Positions 30,415 through 39,569 of a stretch of DNA of 64,000 nt are shown in pieces. The position numbers were made by a program, and so were the translations under genes. Under the pieces are notes generated by a model. The model ran no database searches. It saw only the letters and a program-made list of their open reading frames with translations, and was not told where the DNA came from. Numbering within the stretch: position 1 is the first letter of the stretch; each line of letters starts with the position of its first letter. Origin of the DNA: Bacteroidia bacterium (GTDB taxonomy: Bacteria; Bacteroidota; Bacteroidia; Palsa-965); NCBI GenBank assembly GCA_044344795.1, contig JBIJCF010000009.1:13630-77629 (forward strand), in the 5' to 3' direction.

Positions 30415-31563
30415 ATGCAAAATATGGATTTTTCAATGAACGAAAATCAGCAGATGATTGCTGAAATGGTACGCAAATTTGCAGATGAAAAAATTCGTCC
30501 GCGTATTATGGAATGGGATGAATCGCAGGAATTTCCTGTAGAAATCATGAAACAACTGGGAGAGCTTGGTTTGCTGGGCGTTCTGGTGCCGCAGGAATAC
30601 GGTGGTTCGGGGTTTGGTTATTTCGAATACGTTACTGCAATTACCGAATTAGGTAAAGTGTGCGGAAGTATCGGTTTAAGCATGGCTGCACATAATTCTT
30701 TGTGCACCGGTCATATTCTGCAGTTTGGTAACGAAGAGCAGAAGAAAAAATATTTGCCTTTACTCGCTACCGGTGAATGGATCGGTGCGTGGGGCTTAAC
30801 AGAACAAAATACAGGTTCTGATGCAGGTGGCATGTTGACTACTGCCGTTAAAGACGGTGATTACTACGTGATCAATGGATCCAAAAACTTTATCACGCAC
30901 GCAATATCCGGAAATGTTGCTGTAGTGATTGTGCGTACCGGTGAAAAGGGCGATGCGCATGGCATGTCTGCATTCATAATCGAAAAAGGAACTCCCGGAT
31001 TTACCTCCGGAAAGAAAGAAAATAAATTAGGCATGCGCGCATCGGAAACAGCAGAGTTGATTTTCGATAATTGTCGTGTGCATAAAGATCAAATGTTAGG
31101 CAAGGAAGGGGATGGGTTTATTCAGGCAATGAAAGTATTGGATGGCGGACGCATTTCAATCGCGGCTTTATCATTGGGAATTGCAAAAGGTGCGTATGAA
31201 GCAGCTTTGCAGTATTCCAAAGAACGTCATCAGTTCGGAAAACCGATTTCTGCATTCCAGGCTATCGCTTTCAAACTGGCGGATATGGCAACGGAAATTG
31301 AAGCTGCTGAATTGTTAACCTTCCTCGCTGCCGATAAGAAGAACAAAGGTCAGAAGATGACAAAGGAGGGCGCGTTCTGTAAATATTATGCTTCTGAAGT
31401 TGCCGTTCGCACTGCGAATGAAGCCGTTCAGATTTTTGGTGGTTACGGTTATACCAAAGACTTTCCGGTAGAGAAACATTATCGTGATGCGAAGCTTTGT
31501 ACTATCGGCGAAGGAACTTCCGAGATCCAGAAGCTGGTCATTTCACGTGAAGTGTTGAAGTAA
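30415..31563 (+). CDS. Acyl-CoA dehydrogenase
   Basis: ACAD signatures ([15 protein letters not shown]; C-terminal [34 protein letters not shown]). Confidence 0.9.
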   Translation: MQNMDFSMNENQQMIAEMVRKFADEKIRPRIMEWDESQEFPVEIMKQLGELGLLGVLVPQEYGGSGFGYFEYVTAITELGKVCGSIGLSMAAHNSLCTGHILQFGNEEQKKKYLPLLATGEWIGAWGLTEQNTGSDAGGMLTTAVKDGDYYVINGSKNFITHAISGNVAVVIVRTGEKGDAHGMSAFIIEKGTPGFTSGKKENKLGMRASETAELIFDNCRVHKDQMLGKEGDGFIQAMKVLDGGRISIAALSLGIAKGAYEAALQYSKERHQFGKPISAFQAIAFKLADMATEIEAAELLTFLAADKKNKGQKMTKEGAFCKYYASEVAVRTANEAVQIFGGYGYTKDFPVEKHYRDAKLCTIGEGTSEIQKLVISREVLK

Positions 31564-31680
31564 CAAATAGATTATCCAACCGCCCGTAACGCGCTATTAC
31601 CGATCATCCTCTTATCAGGCAAACTCAGTAACTCCCGTGTTATCTTCGGTTATTATTAATAGTCAGTTAAATTAATTCCA

Positions 31681-33261
31681 ATGAAAAAAATAAGTATTGC
31701 CATTGCTGCCGCGCTTACAGTAAGTATGTCGTGGGCGCAAACAGCTCCGGAAAACTGGTTTAATCTTTCTTACAAGCAAGATAAAGTTCGCGGTGTAGGA
31801 ACAGAAAAAATGTACAAAGAACTGGTTGGTTCTAAAAAGCCCGACACAATTATCGTTGCGGTAATTGACGGTGGTGTGGATTATACACACGAAGATTTAA
31901 AAGATTTAATGTGGCGCAATCCGGGCGAAATTCCAGGCAACGGAATTGACGACGACAAGAACGGATATGTTGATGATATCTACGGATGGAATTTTATCGG
32001 TGGAAAAGACGGCAAGAACGTACATTATGATAACCTTGAATTAGTACGTCAGTTGCGTCCTTTAGATAAGCGTTTCGCAAAGCGTGATCCCGGCTCTATC
32101 AAGGCCGATGAAAAAGCGGATTACGATCGTTACCTGAAGTTACAGGCGGATCACGATAAAGAAGTAAAAGAGTTTCAAGGCATTAAGCGTCAACTCGATT
32201 TCTTTACGATGTATTTCAAAGACATCAAGGCTCAGGCTAAATCGGATACATTAACGTTCGAAGCGTTCAAAGCGTATCAACCAACGCCGCAATTCGCGAA
32301 AGCACACAAAGTGATGAAGTTGACTGTGCGCAAAGCTGAAGATTTGTCGAAGTTGCAGAAGGACATCAATGATGGTAAGAAGCAAATTGATGCGCGTCTG
32401 AATTATCATTTGAATTTAGAATTTGACCCACGTGGTATTGTTGGCGATAACTACGATGATCAAAATGAACGTTATTATGGTAACCCGGATATCAAAGGTC
32501 CTGACGCAGGTCACGGCACTCACGTGGCAGGTATTATTGCAGCAAACCGTTTCAATAACGTGGGAATTTGGGGTGTAGCGAATGCCGTTAAAATCATGGG
32601 TGTTCGTTGTGTGCCGGATGGCGATGAGCGCGATAAAGACGTTGCAAATAGTATTCGTTACGCGGTAGACAATGGTGCTAAAATCATCAACATGTCTTTC
32701 GGGAAATCATACGGTCACAACAAAGGTGTTGTTGATGAAGCGGTGCGTTATGCAGAAAGCAAAGGAGTTTTGTTAATTCACGCTGCAGGAAACGACAGCA
32801 AGAACAACGACAAAACGGATAACTTCCCGAACGATATGTACACAGGTGGTGGCGAAGCAAATAACTGGATGGAGATTGGTGCGTTGTCGTGGAAGCCGAG
32901 TAAAAAGTCGGCTGCGCCATTCACCAATTACGGTCAGGTTAATGTTGACGTATTTGCTCCGGGTGTAGATATCATGTCTTGCGAAGACAACGGCGGTTAT
33001 GTTAAGCATAGCGGAACATCAATGGCGGCACCGGTTTGTGCAGGTGTTGCTGCAGTAATTTGGTCGTATCATCCAACATTAACGGCTGTTCAGGTGAAGC
33101 AAATTATCGAATCATCTTCGGATAAATCTTTGAAGAAAAAGAAAGTGATTATTCCGGGCGAGAAGAAGAAGAAAGTGAAGTTTGGGACATTAAGCAAAAC
33201 AGGTGGAGTAGTAGATCTTTACGCTGCATTCCAAATGGCAGGTACAATGACAGGCAAATAA
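31681..33261 (+). CDS. Secreted subtilisin-like serine protease (peptidase S8)
   Basis: Signal peptide. Catalytic triad blocks VAVIDGGVDYTHEDL (Asp), HGTHVAGIIAA (His) and GTSMAAPVCAGVAAV (Ser). Confidence 0.9.
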   Translation: MKKISIAIAAALTVSMSWAQTAPENWFNLSYKQDKVRGVGTEKMYKELVGSKKPDTIIVAVIDGGVDYTHEDLKDLMWRNPGEIPGNGIDDDKNGYVDDIYGWNFIGGKDGKNVHYDNLELVRQLRPLDKRFAKRDPGSIKADEKADYDRYLKLQADHDKEVKEFQGIKRQLDFFTMYFKDIKAQAKSDTLTFEAFKAYQPTPQFAKAHKVMKLTVRKAEDLSKLQKDINDGKKQIDARLNYHLNLEFDPRGIVGDNYDDQNERYYGNPDIKGPDAGHGTHVAGIIAANRFNNVGIWGVANAVKIMGVRCVPDGDERDKDVANSIRYAVDNGAKIINMSFGKSYGHNKGVVDEAVRYAESKGVLLIHAAGNDSKNNDKTDNFPNDMYTGGGEANNWMEIGALSWKPSKKSAAPFTNYGQVNVDVFAPGVDIMSCEDNGGYVKHSGTSMAAPVCAGVAAVIWSYHPTLTAVQVKQIIESSSDKSLKKKKVIIPGEKKKKVKFGTLSKTGGVVDLYAAFQMAGTMTGK

Positions 33262-33282
33262 TTGTTATGCCAATGAAATAAA

Positions 33283-33311
33283 AAAGGAGATCAATTTGAT
33301 CTCCTTTTTTT
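33283..33311. terminator. Bidirectional rho-independent terminator
   Basis: ggagatca-att-tgatctcc hairpin flanked by an A-run and a T-run. Sits between the convergent S8 protease and hddC-like genes and overlaps the hddC stop. Confidence 0.7.
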
Positions 33312-34020
33312 ATGAATATCGCTCAAGGAATTCTTCTTGTGCTCTGAAATAATCTTCGGGTAAACCGATGTCCACAAAATAGCCTTCCGTGCGGTAGCCT
33401 TGAAATTGCAGGCGTTGCGCGTAACGTCCGAAGAAATCATATTCAATAGAAAATGCAACATCTTGAGGGGTGTGTTGCATGAAACTTTTCTTACGGATAA
33501 TGTAGAGGCCTGCATTAATAAGCTGTTTGCCCGAATGCTCTTCTGACTTTTCACGAAACGCCTTAACTCGCTTACCGTATAATTCAATGGTTCCGTAACG
33601 CGCACCGTCTTCAACATCGCGCAATGCCATACTAACATCCGCCGAACTTTCAAGATGGAATTCATAAAATGGGCGTAACGGAAAATCAAACCAGGAATCG
33701 CCGTTAAGCACCAAAACATGCGCGCTGCCGCATTCCTGCAATGCCAAACGTATTCCGCCTCCGGTTCCTAATGGTGTTGTCTCTACAGCGTAGATAATTT
33801 CCATTCCTGCATAAGTGTTCCCGAAGTGCAGAATGATTTGTTCCGATAAATATCCGACAGATAACACGACACGAGAAATTCCCGATTGCGCTAATCGTGT
33901 TAATACGTAATGCAGAAAAGGTTTTCCGGCAACAGGCGCCATGGGCTTGGGTACATCACTCACAACAGTTTTTAGTCGTGTGCCGAAACCGCCGGCCAAT
34001 ACAACGGCTTCGTTGATCAT
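33310..34020 (-). CDS. hddC: Sugar-phosphate nucleotidyltransferase (D-glycero-alpha-D-manno-heptose-1-phosphate guanylyltransferase-like)
   Basis: N-terminal AVVLAGGFGTRLKTVVSDVPKPMAPVAGKPFL nucleotidyltransferase motif. About 236 aa. Clustered with gmhA and a GHMP heptose kinase. Confidence 0.65.
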   Translation of the reverse strand: MINEAVVLAGGFGTRLKTVVSDVPKPMAPVAGKPFLHYVLTRLAQSGISRVVLSVGYLSEQIILHFGNTYAGMEIIYAVETTPLGTGGGIRLALQECGSAHVLVLNGDSWFDFPLRPFYEFHLESSADVSMALRDVEDGARYGTIELYGKRVKAFREKSEEHSGKQLINAGLYIIRKKSFMQHTPQDVAFSIEYDFFGRYAQRLQFQGYRTEGYFVDIGLPEDYFRAQEEFLERYS

Positions 34021-34601
34021 TTCGGAAATAATGTGGTTTCAACAATTTCACACACGGTGTGCCCCAGCAACATGTGACATTCCTGTATTCGTGGTGTATC
34101 GCGTGAAGGAATATCAATTAATAAATCACAATGGGCTTTCATTTTACCACCGCCTTCACCTGTAAATCCAACGGTTGTAATGCCCATTTCCTGAGCTTTA
34201 ATTAATGCATTAACAACGTTTCCCGAATTACCGCTTGTAGATAGCCCGATCAGTACATCGCCTTTCTTACCGATGCCACTGATCAAACGACTGTAGATCA
34301 AATCATACGCGTAATCATTCGCTACAGCAGTGATATACGACGTGTTCACGTGTAACGCTTCCGAAGATAATGCAGGACGATCGTAGTAAAATCGTCCGGT
34401 AAGTTCAGCAGCTAAATGTTGCGCATCTGCAGCACTGCCGCCGTTCCCGGCCCAAAGAACCTTGCCGCCGTTTTTGTAACAAGCAACTATTATTTCGGCA
34501 ATTTTATTCGTTGTATTTAACAGTGCCGTATTTTCCAGTAATGATTGCTTCAGCTGAATAGAGCTTGTAATGCGCTCCTTAATCAATGATTGATTGTCCA
34601 T
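34017..34601 (-). CDS. gmhA: Sedoheptulose-7-phosphate isomerase (SIS domain)
   Basis: SIS-domain motifs GNGGSAADAQHLAAEL and LSTSGNSGNVVNA. 194 aa. 4-bp overlap with hddC. Confidence 0.8.
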   Translation of the reverse strand: MDNQSLIKERITSSIQLKQSLLENTALLNTTNKIAEIIVACYKNGGKVLWAGNGGSAADAQHLAAELTGRFYYDRPALSSEALHVNTSYITAVANDYAYDLIYSRLISGIGKKGDVLIGLSTSGNSGNVVNALIKAQEMGITTVGFTGEGGGKMKAHCDLLIDIPSRDTPRIQECHMLLGHTVCEIVETTLFPK

Positions 34602-35614
34602 GTCGTTAAACCTTGAGAGGTAAAGGTAAATGATTTGGTACTTCCGCCGAATGCTCGCAACGTTTCATCTACTTTGAGTTTCGTGGTGCCAGGGCAATAG
34701 AAAAACATAAATCCGCCACCGCCTGCACCGGAAATTTTTCCTCCTGTTGCACCGGCTTGTAATGCAGCTTCATAAATATTATCCAACTGATCATTACTAA
34801 TCGCGCTGGCCATTTTTTTCTTGTTTAACCAACCCAAATTAAGGATTGTGCCAATCTCATCCACATTACCGCGCAACAAACATTCTTTCATCAACTGGGC
34901 TTGTTCCTTAAGCTTGTGCATCGCTTCAATGGCCTCCATGTTGTTCTTCTTCACGTTCTCAACCTGATGGGTAATAATCTGGGCAGAATCACGACGTGTC
35001 TCTGTGAAGTACAGCAGCAAGTTCATCTCTAGTTCATTCAAGACATCTTGCTTAATGCTCAGCGGATTCACAATCACTTTATCATTTCCGAAAAACTCTA
35101 AATAATTTACACCGCCAAAAGTCGCCGCATACTGATCTTGTTTTCCGCCCGCCATTTTCATTTCAATACGCTCTATTTCAAACGCCATATGTGCAATGTC
35201 GTATTGTCCTAATGGTAATTGAAGCCACTCTTTGAATGCACCAAGAATAGCTACCATCAATGTTGAGGAAGTGCCTAATCCGGATCCTTGCGGAGCTTCA
35301 ATCCATGTCGTTAATCGAAAAGATAAATGTTGCTTTGTGAATTCTCGCACAATGCGATTATAAACGCCGGCTTGTAATTCGTAATCGCGGTTATCAAATG
35401 GAATGTAATCGTTGGCGTTAAAGGTGTAACGCTTACCCGAACTTCCGGTTACAAATTCAATTTTACCGTCGTTCGTTGGCTCTAATATTGCATACGCATA
35501 GCTGCTGATGGTTGCATTAAGAATTGCGCCTCCGTGTAAATCGGAATAAGGAGAAACATCGGTGCCACCGCCGGCTAAACCTAAACGTAGTGGAGCTTTA
35601 CTTTTTATTATCAT
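34583..35614 (-). CDS. hddA: GHMP-family sugar kinase (D-glycero-alpha-D-manno-heptose-7-phosphate kinase-like)
   Basis: N-terminus KSKAPLRLGLAGGGTD. GHMP ATP-binding motif PQGSGLGTSSTLMVAILGA. Start at MIIKSK (35614) avoids overlap with the upstream gene. Confidence 0.7.
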   Translation of the reverse strand: MIIKSKAPLRLGLAGGGTDVSPYSDLHGGAILNATISSYAYAILEPTNDGKIEFVTGSSGKRYTFNANDYIPFDNRDYELQAGVYNRIVREFTKQHLSFRLTTWIEAPQGSGLGTSSTLMVAILGAFKEWLQLPLGQYDIAHMAFEIERIEMKMAGGKQDQYAATFGGVNYLEFFGNDKVIVNPLSIKQDVLNELEMNLLLYFTETRRDSAQIITHQVENVKKNNMEAIEAMHKLKEQAQLMKECLLRGNVDEIGTILNLGWLNKKKMASAISNDQLDNIYEAALQAGATGGKISGAGGGGFMFFYCPGTTKLKVDETLRAFGGSTKSFTFTSQGLTTWTINH

Positions 35615-35615
35615 G

Positions 35616-36776
35616 TTAACTATGTAACGTACGTTGGTATAAAGTTTCAAATGCAGCGGTCATAACTTCCCAGCTGTATTTCGATTTTTCCTTAATGGTT
35701 GCGGCTTGAAAACTATTAAATCGTTGCTGCTCGTAAAAGTCAACAATGGCGTCGGCAATTTCTTGTGCTGTTGGAGGCACAACATAACCCGATTTACCGT
35801 GTTCAATGATTTCTCCTAAGCCTCCAACATTGGTTACCAGCGAAGGTCGGTCAAATTGCAGAGCGATTTTCGTTACACCGCTTTGTGTTGCGGTATGATA
35901 CGTTTGCGTAACAAGATCGCATGCACTGAAATACCATTGCACATCCTGATTGGGAATGAAATGAGTATGCAACAACACAGCACTTTGTAAATTGTGGCGT
36001 TGAATGATCTCATCGTAATACGCGCGGTCTTCATAAAATTCTCCGGCTACAATCAATTGAATCTTCAACGCTCTGATACGGGCATCAGCCATAGATTCCA
36101 GAAGCAAATCCAATCCTTTGTAGCGACGAATCAAACCGAAAAACAATAAATATTTTCCGTTTTCATCAAGCTGCAAATGCTGTCGCGCTGAAGCTCGCGT
36201 TGAAGGCTCTCCAAACGAAGTGTACAAAGGATGTTCAGAAAAAACCACGTTATCACTTGTTGTGAATTGCTTCAAATCGCTCAACACCTTTTGCGACATG
36301 GTTAAATAACCATGACAGCTTTTCAGGAAATAGGATGAAAATGTTTTGTCTCCGGGACGCTTTTCATGAGGAATCGCGTTATCGACCAAAGAAAGCACTT
36401 TGGTGTGTTTGTTTTTCGCCGCAATACGCGCAATCGTTCCTAAAGCGGGGCCCATAAACGGCAACCAATAGCGGATAATAAGATAATCAGGGCGCTCCTT
36501 GCGAATAATTCTCCCGACTTTAATCCAATTCAATGGGTTCACCGAATTAATAAGCGATCGAATAGTAATTCCCTCCGGCCGCGGACCATCATCGTATTGG
36601 GTTGTGCCGGGAAATAAAAACCCGGGATATTGCAGTGAAAAAGAGATGATTTCGGCTTCGTGACCATCTTTCAGCAAAGCTCGACACAACAATTCGTCGA
36701 ATGTCGCCAAGCCACCACGCAATGGCCAAGCCGGCCCGATCACATACACTTTTCTTTTTGTGGTATTTTTCGCCAT
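35616..36776 (-). CDS. Glycosyltransferase family 4 (GT-B, GT1-type fold)
   Basis: C-terminal GT4 motif (GGLGEIIEHGKSGYVVPP). EX7E-like region. Start chosen at MAKNTT (36776); the ORF is open to 36860. Confidence 0.7.
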   Translation of the reverse strand: MAKNTTKRKVYVIGPAWPLRGGLATFDELLCRALLKDGHEAEIISFSLQYPGFLFPGTTQYDDGPRPEGITIRSLINSVNPLNWIKVGRIIRKERPDYLIIRYWLPFMGPALGTIARIAAKNKHTKVLSLVDNAIPHEKRPGDKTFSSYFLKSCHGYLTMSQKVLSDLKQFTTSDNVVFSEHPLYTSFGEPSTRASARQHLQLDENGKYLLFFGLIRRYKGLDLLLESMADARIRALKIQLIVAGEFYEDRAYYDEIIQRHNLQSAVLLHTHFIPNQDVQWYFSACDLVTQTYHTATQSGVTKIALQFDRPSLVTNVGGLGEIIEHGKSGYVVPPTAQEIADAIVDFYEQQRFNSFQAATIKEKSKYSWEVMTAAFETLYQRTLHS

Positions 36777-36929
36777 GCGATGCGAAGGTAATACGGTTTT
36801 TACCCTCAAAAGGCAGTTTTGATTTCCATTACAGCCTTCGGAGTGAATATTTTTTTTCAAATAGTTGATCTCCGAATGATATTTTTTTAAATTTGCACCC
36901 CTAAATAAAACAAATACAGGAAGTTCAAC

Positions 36930-37124
36930 ATGATTATTGTAGCTGTAAAAGAAGGCGAGTCACTAGAAAAGGCGCTTAAGAAGTTTAAGAAGAAATTCGA
37001 AAAAACCGGCGTGGTTCGCGAATTGCGCGACCGTCAGAAATTCACTAAGCCGTCTATCCGTCGTCGCGAAACTAAGCTGAAAGCAATTTACAAGCAGCAG
37101 ATGTATCGCACCGACGAGGCATAA
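36930..37124 (+). CDS. rpsU: 30S ribosomal protein S21
   Basis: 64 aa. LEKALKKFKKKFEKTGVVRELRDRQKFTKPS is canonical bS21. Confidence 0.9.
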   Translation: MIIVAVKEGESLEKALKKFKKKFEKTGVVRELRDRQKFTKPSIRRRETKLKAIYKQQMYRTDEA

Positions 37125-37212
37125 GACCTCTTAAATATTTATAAATACACGCGTTGTAGTGAACTTCTCTCGAAGAAGTTTCGTACAATAGCGTGTATTT
37201 ATCTTTTATACC

Positions 37213-38103
37213 TTGTCGGAATCGATTACTGCATTTGTCACTTATTTGAAGACGGAAAAGCGCGCTTCCGAACACACTTGTATTTCCTATGCAACTGATC
37301 TTATTCAGTTTCGTGATTTTATCTCCACAACATATTCGTTAGAAGAGCCGGCCGATGCAGGATTCCAGATTATTCGTTCGTTCATCGCGCAGTTGATGCA
37401 GGATGGATTAACGCCGCGTTCCGTAAACAGAAAAATTACCGCGTTGCGCACGTACTTCCGTTTCCTGCAGCGTTCAGGAAGAATTAGCGTCAATCCAACC
37501 TTAAAAATTCAAGGTCCCAAAGCTTCCAAACGCCTAACCACTTTCGTGGAAGAAAAAAGCATGACGAAGCTCTTGGATGAGACTATAATTGACGAATTGG
37601 AACAAAGTGAGTACGATGCGAAGTTGGTGCAATTGATTATTGAACTATTGTACGGAACCGGAATGCGTTTGGCCGAATTAATTGGTTTGGAACTTAATGA
37701 TGTGGATACGCAACGGCAGTTGCTAAAAGTAACCGGGAAGCGCAACAAACAGCGAATAATTCCTATTCCTAATGAACTGAACGATTTACTAATTGTATTT
37801 TGTAGTAATCGTCCACAAACAGATTCGCAATCTTTACTGGTTAGTGAACACGGAAAATCGGTGACGCGAAATTTTGTTTACCGCAAAGTAAAGCAGTACC
37901 TTAGTCTTGTAACAACAATAGATAAAAAGAGCCCTCATGTGTTGCGTCACACTTTTGCCACACACATGTTAAATAATGGAGCCGATTTAAACGCAATTAA
38001 GGAATTGTTAGGCCATGCTAATCTTTCTGCGACACAAGTATACACGCACAATACAGTAGAGAAATTAAAACATATTTATTCAAAAGCCCATCCCAGGGCA
38101 TAA
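37213..38103 (+). CDS. xerC: Tyrosine site-specific recombinase XerC/XerD-like
   Basis: Catalytic C-terminal motif HVLRHTFATHMLNNGADLNAIKELLGHANLSATQVYTH. R...HxxR...Y pattern. TTG start. Conserved position between rpsU and hpf. Confidence 0.8.
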   Translation: MSESITAFVTYLKTEKRASEHTCISYATDLIQFRDFISTTYSLEEPADAGFQIIRSFIAQLMQDGLTPRSVNRKITALRTYFRFLQRSGRISVNPTLKIQGPKASKRLTTFVEEKSMTKLLDETIIDELEQSEYDAKLVQLIIELLYGTGMRLAELIGLELNDVDTQRQLLKVTGKRNKQRIIPIPNELNDLLIVFCSNRPQTDSQSLLVSEHGKSVTRNFVYRKVKQYLSLVTTIDKKSPHVLRHTFATHMLNNGADLNAIKELLGHANLSATQVYTHNTVEKLKHIYSKAHPRA

Positions 38104-38122
38104 CTAAAAAAGAGGAGGACGT

Positions 38123-38422
38123 ATGGACATTCAGATTCAATCCATTCATTTCAAAGCTGATCAAAAGCTGATCACGTTTACGGAAGAAAAACTCGGGAAA
38201 CTGAAGCAATATTACGATGGAATATTGGCGGCAGAAGTATTTTTGCGTCTCGATAAATCGGATGATACTACCAATAAGCTGGTCGAAATTAAATTGATGG
38301 TTCCGGGTCCGGAATTATATGTGGAAAAGCAGTGTAAATCCTTTGAGGAAGCCGTTGATTTATGTTGTGAAGCGCTTACGAAACAAGTTAAAAAGTACAA
38401 GGAAAAGAAAATCGGGATATAG
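38123..38422 (+). CDS. hpf: Ribosome hibernation promoting factor / ribosome-associated inhibitor A (short form)
   Basis: 99 aa. The MDIQIQSIHFKADQKLITFTEEKLGKL N-terminus is typical of HPF/YfiA. A perfect SD agaggagga sits 4 nt upstream of the ATG. Confidence 0.85.
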   Translation: MDIQIQSIHFKADQKLITFTEEKLGKLKQYYDGILAAEVFLRLDKSDDTTNKLVEIKLMVPGPELYVEKQCKSFEEAVDLCCEALTKQVKKYKEKKIGI

Positions 38423-38446
38423 CTACGTAGATCCTAATGATGGATA

Positions 38447-38471
38447 GCCCGGAAGTGTCCGGGCTTTTTTT
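38447..38471 (+). terminator. Rho-independent terminator after hpf
   Basis: gcccgga-agtg-tccgggc followed by ttttttt. Confidence 0.8.
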
Positions 38472-38511
38472 CACCCGTAGGCGGAAAATATTATAAAAAA
38501 AATTCTGTGCG

Positions 38512-38542
38512 CTTGTTGCATTTGAAAAGTTTTATACATTTG
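38512..38542 (+). promoter_or_regulatory. Candidate Bacteroidetes sigma-A promoter for the tRNA-tuf cluster
   Basis: cTTG (38512-15), then 19 nt, then TAcaTTTG (38535-42). This matches the Bacteroidetes -33 TTTG / -7 TAnnTTTG consensus. Sits about 110 nt upstream of tRNA-Thr. Confidence 0.4.
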
Positions 38543-38652
38543 CAGTCCCGTTTTGGGGGGTATCCCCTTAAAAATAAGGGAAAAGTTCTTTGAAGTCGGG
38601 ACTGATAGCGGTAAAACGTATCGATTAACCGAAGCAAGGTTTAGGAATTAAG

Positions 38653-38725
38653 GCCGGTGTAGCTCAGCTGGTAGAGCAGCTGACTTGTAATCAGCAGGTC
38701 GGGGGTTCGAGTCCCTTCGCCGGCT
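38653..38725 (+). tRNA. tRNA-Thr (anticodon TGT)
   Basis: Cloverleaf read by hand. Acceptor gccggtg/cgccggc. D-arm gctcagctggtagagc. Anticodon loop cttgtaa. T-loop ttcgagt. 73 nt. Confidence 0.8.
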
Positions 38726-38761
38726 CATCGCACTAACCTTGCGAAGTATCGATACGATATA

Positions 38762-38844
38762 GGGGAGATACTCAAGCGGCCAACGAGGACAGACTGTAAA
38801 TCTGTTGACTTATGTCTTCACAGGTTCGAATCCTGTTCTCCCCA
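38762..38844 (+). tRNA. tRNA-Tyr (anticodon GTA), long variable arm
   Basis: Acceptor ggggaga/tctcccc is a perfect pairing. Anticodon loop actgtaaat. Long variable arm. T-loop ttcgaat. 83 nt. Confidence 0.8.
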
Positions 38845-38960
38845 CTTACGCTTCTTGGGTCGCTTCAATAGGAGAGACGTTATCAGTGCGGAAGTCTTTA
38901 TCCGTTTAAACGGATAGTATTCTGAACAGTAAAATCAGAATTGATTTTACTGTTTCAAAT

Positions 38961-39273
38961 GCAAAAGCGGAAGTAGCTTCCCCAATTAATTGGGGAGTAG
39001 AGCATCAGCCTGAAACGGTTGGTCGCTATTTCTGACGCAAAAGCGGAAGTAGCTTCCCCAAATTAATTGGGGAGTAGAGCATCAGCCTGAAACGGTTGGT
39101 CGCTATTTCTGACACAAAAGCGGAAGTAGCTTCCCCAAATTAATTGGGGAGTAGAGCATCAGCCTGAAACGGTTGGTCGCTGTTTCTGACACAAAAGCGG
39201 AAGTAGCTTCCCCAAATTAATTGGGGAGTAGAGCATCAGCCTGAAACGGTTGGTCGCTATTTCTGACACAAAA
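38961..39273 (+). repeat. Four tandem ~77-bp repeats derived from the 5' part of tRNA-Gly plus its leader, each containing the palindrome ccccaa(a)ttaattgggg
   Basis: Unit starts (gcggaag) at 38967, 39043, 39120 and 39197. The genuine tRNA follows at 39274. Each unit is gcggaagtagct + tccccaaattaattggggag + tagagcatcagcct + gaaacggttggtcgctatttctgac + (a/g)caaaa. Over 95% identity between units. Confidence 0.85.
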
Positions 39274-39346
39274 GCGGAAGTAGCTCATTTGGTAGAGCAT
39301 CAGCCTTCCAAGCTGAGGGTGGCCGGTTCGAGCCCGGTCTTCCGCT
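39274..39346 (+). tRNA. tRNA-Gly (anticodon TCC)
   Basis: Acceptor gcggaag/cttccgc. D-arm gctcatttggtagagc. Anticodon loop cttccaa. T-loop ttcgagc. 73 nt. Confidence 0.8.
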
Positions 39347-39381
39347 CTTTTTATCGCCGGAATGTGCGCCGGCACCGACTA

Positions 39382-39453
<72 letters not shown>

Positions 39454-39569
39454 CAGTATTAATTTGAATTATCCCGGGATTAAAACCGGAAAATGACCGG
39501 CTTGCCGGAGAATAAAAGTTTCTAAACAAAAACAACACAAGTAATCAACTCTAAAACAAAACCATAGCT

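Noticed and set aside
37213-38103. Tyrosine recombinase as a possible integrase of a mobile element, given the adjacent tRNA genes
   Set aside because: It sits in the conserved rpsU-xerC-hpf housekeeping arrangement. No direct repeats of a tRNA 3' end, no phage or conjugation genes, and the neighbours are core genes on both sides. It is a XerC/XerD-type chromosome-dimer resolvase.
38961-39273. Regular ~77-bp periodicity that could be mistaken for a CRISPR array
   Set aside because: The units are contiguous with no unique spacers between them. Repeat content is tRNA-derived. No cas genes are nearby. It is annotated instead as a tRNA-fragment tandem repeat.
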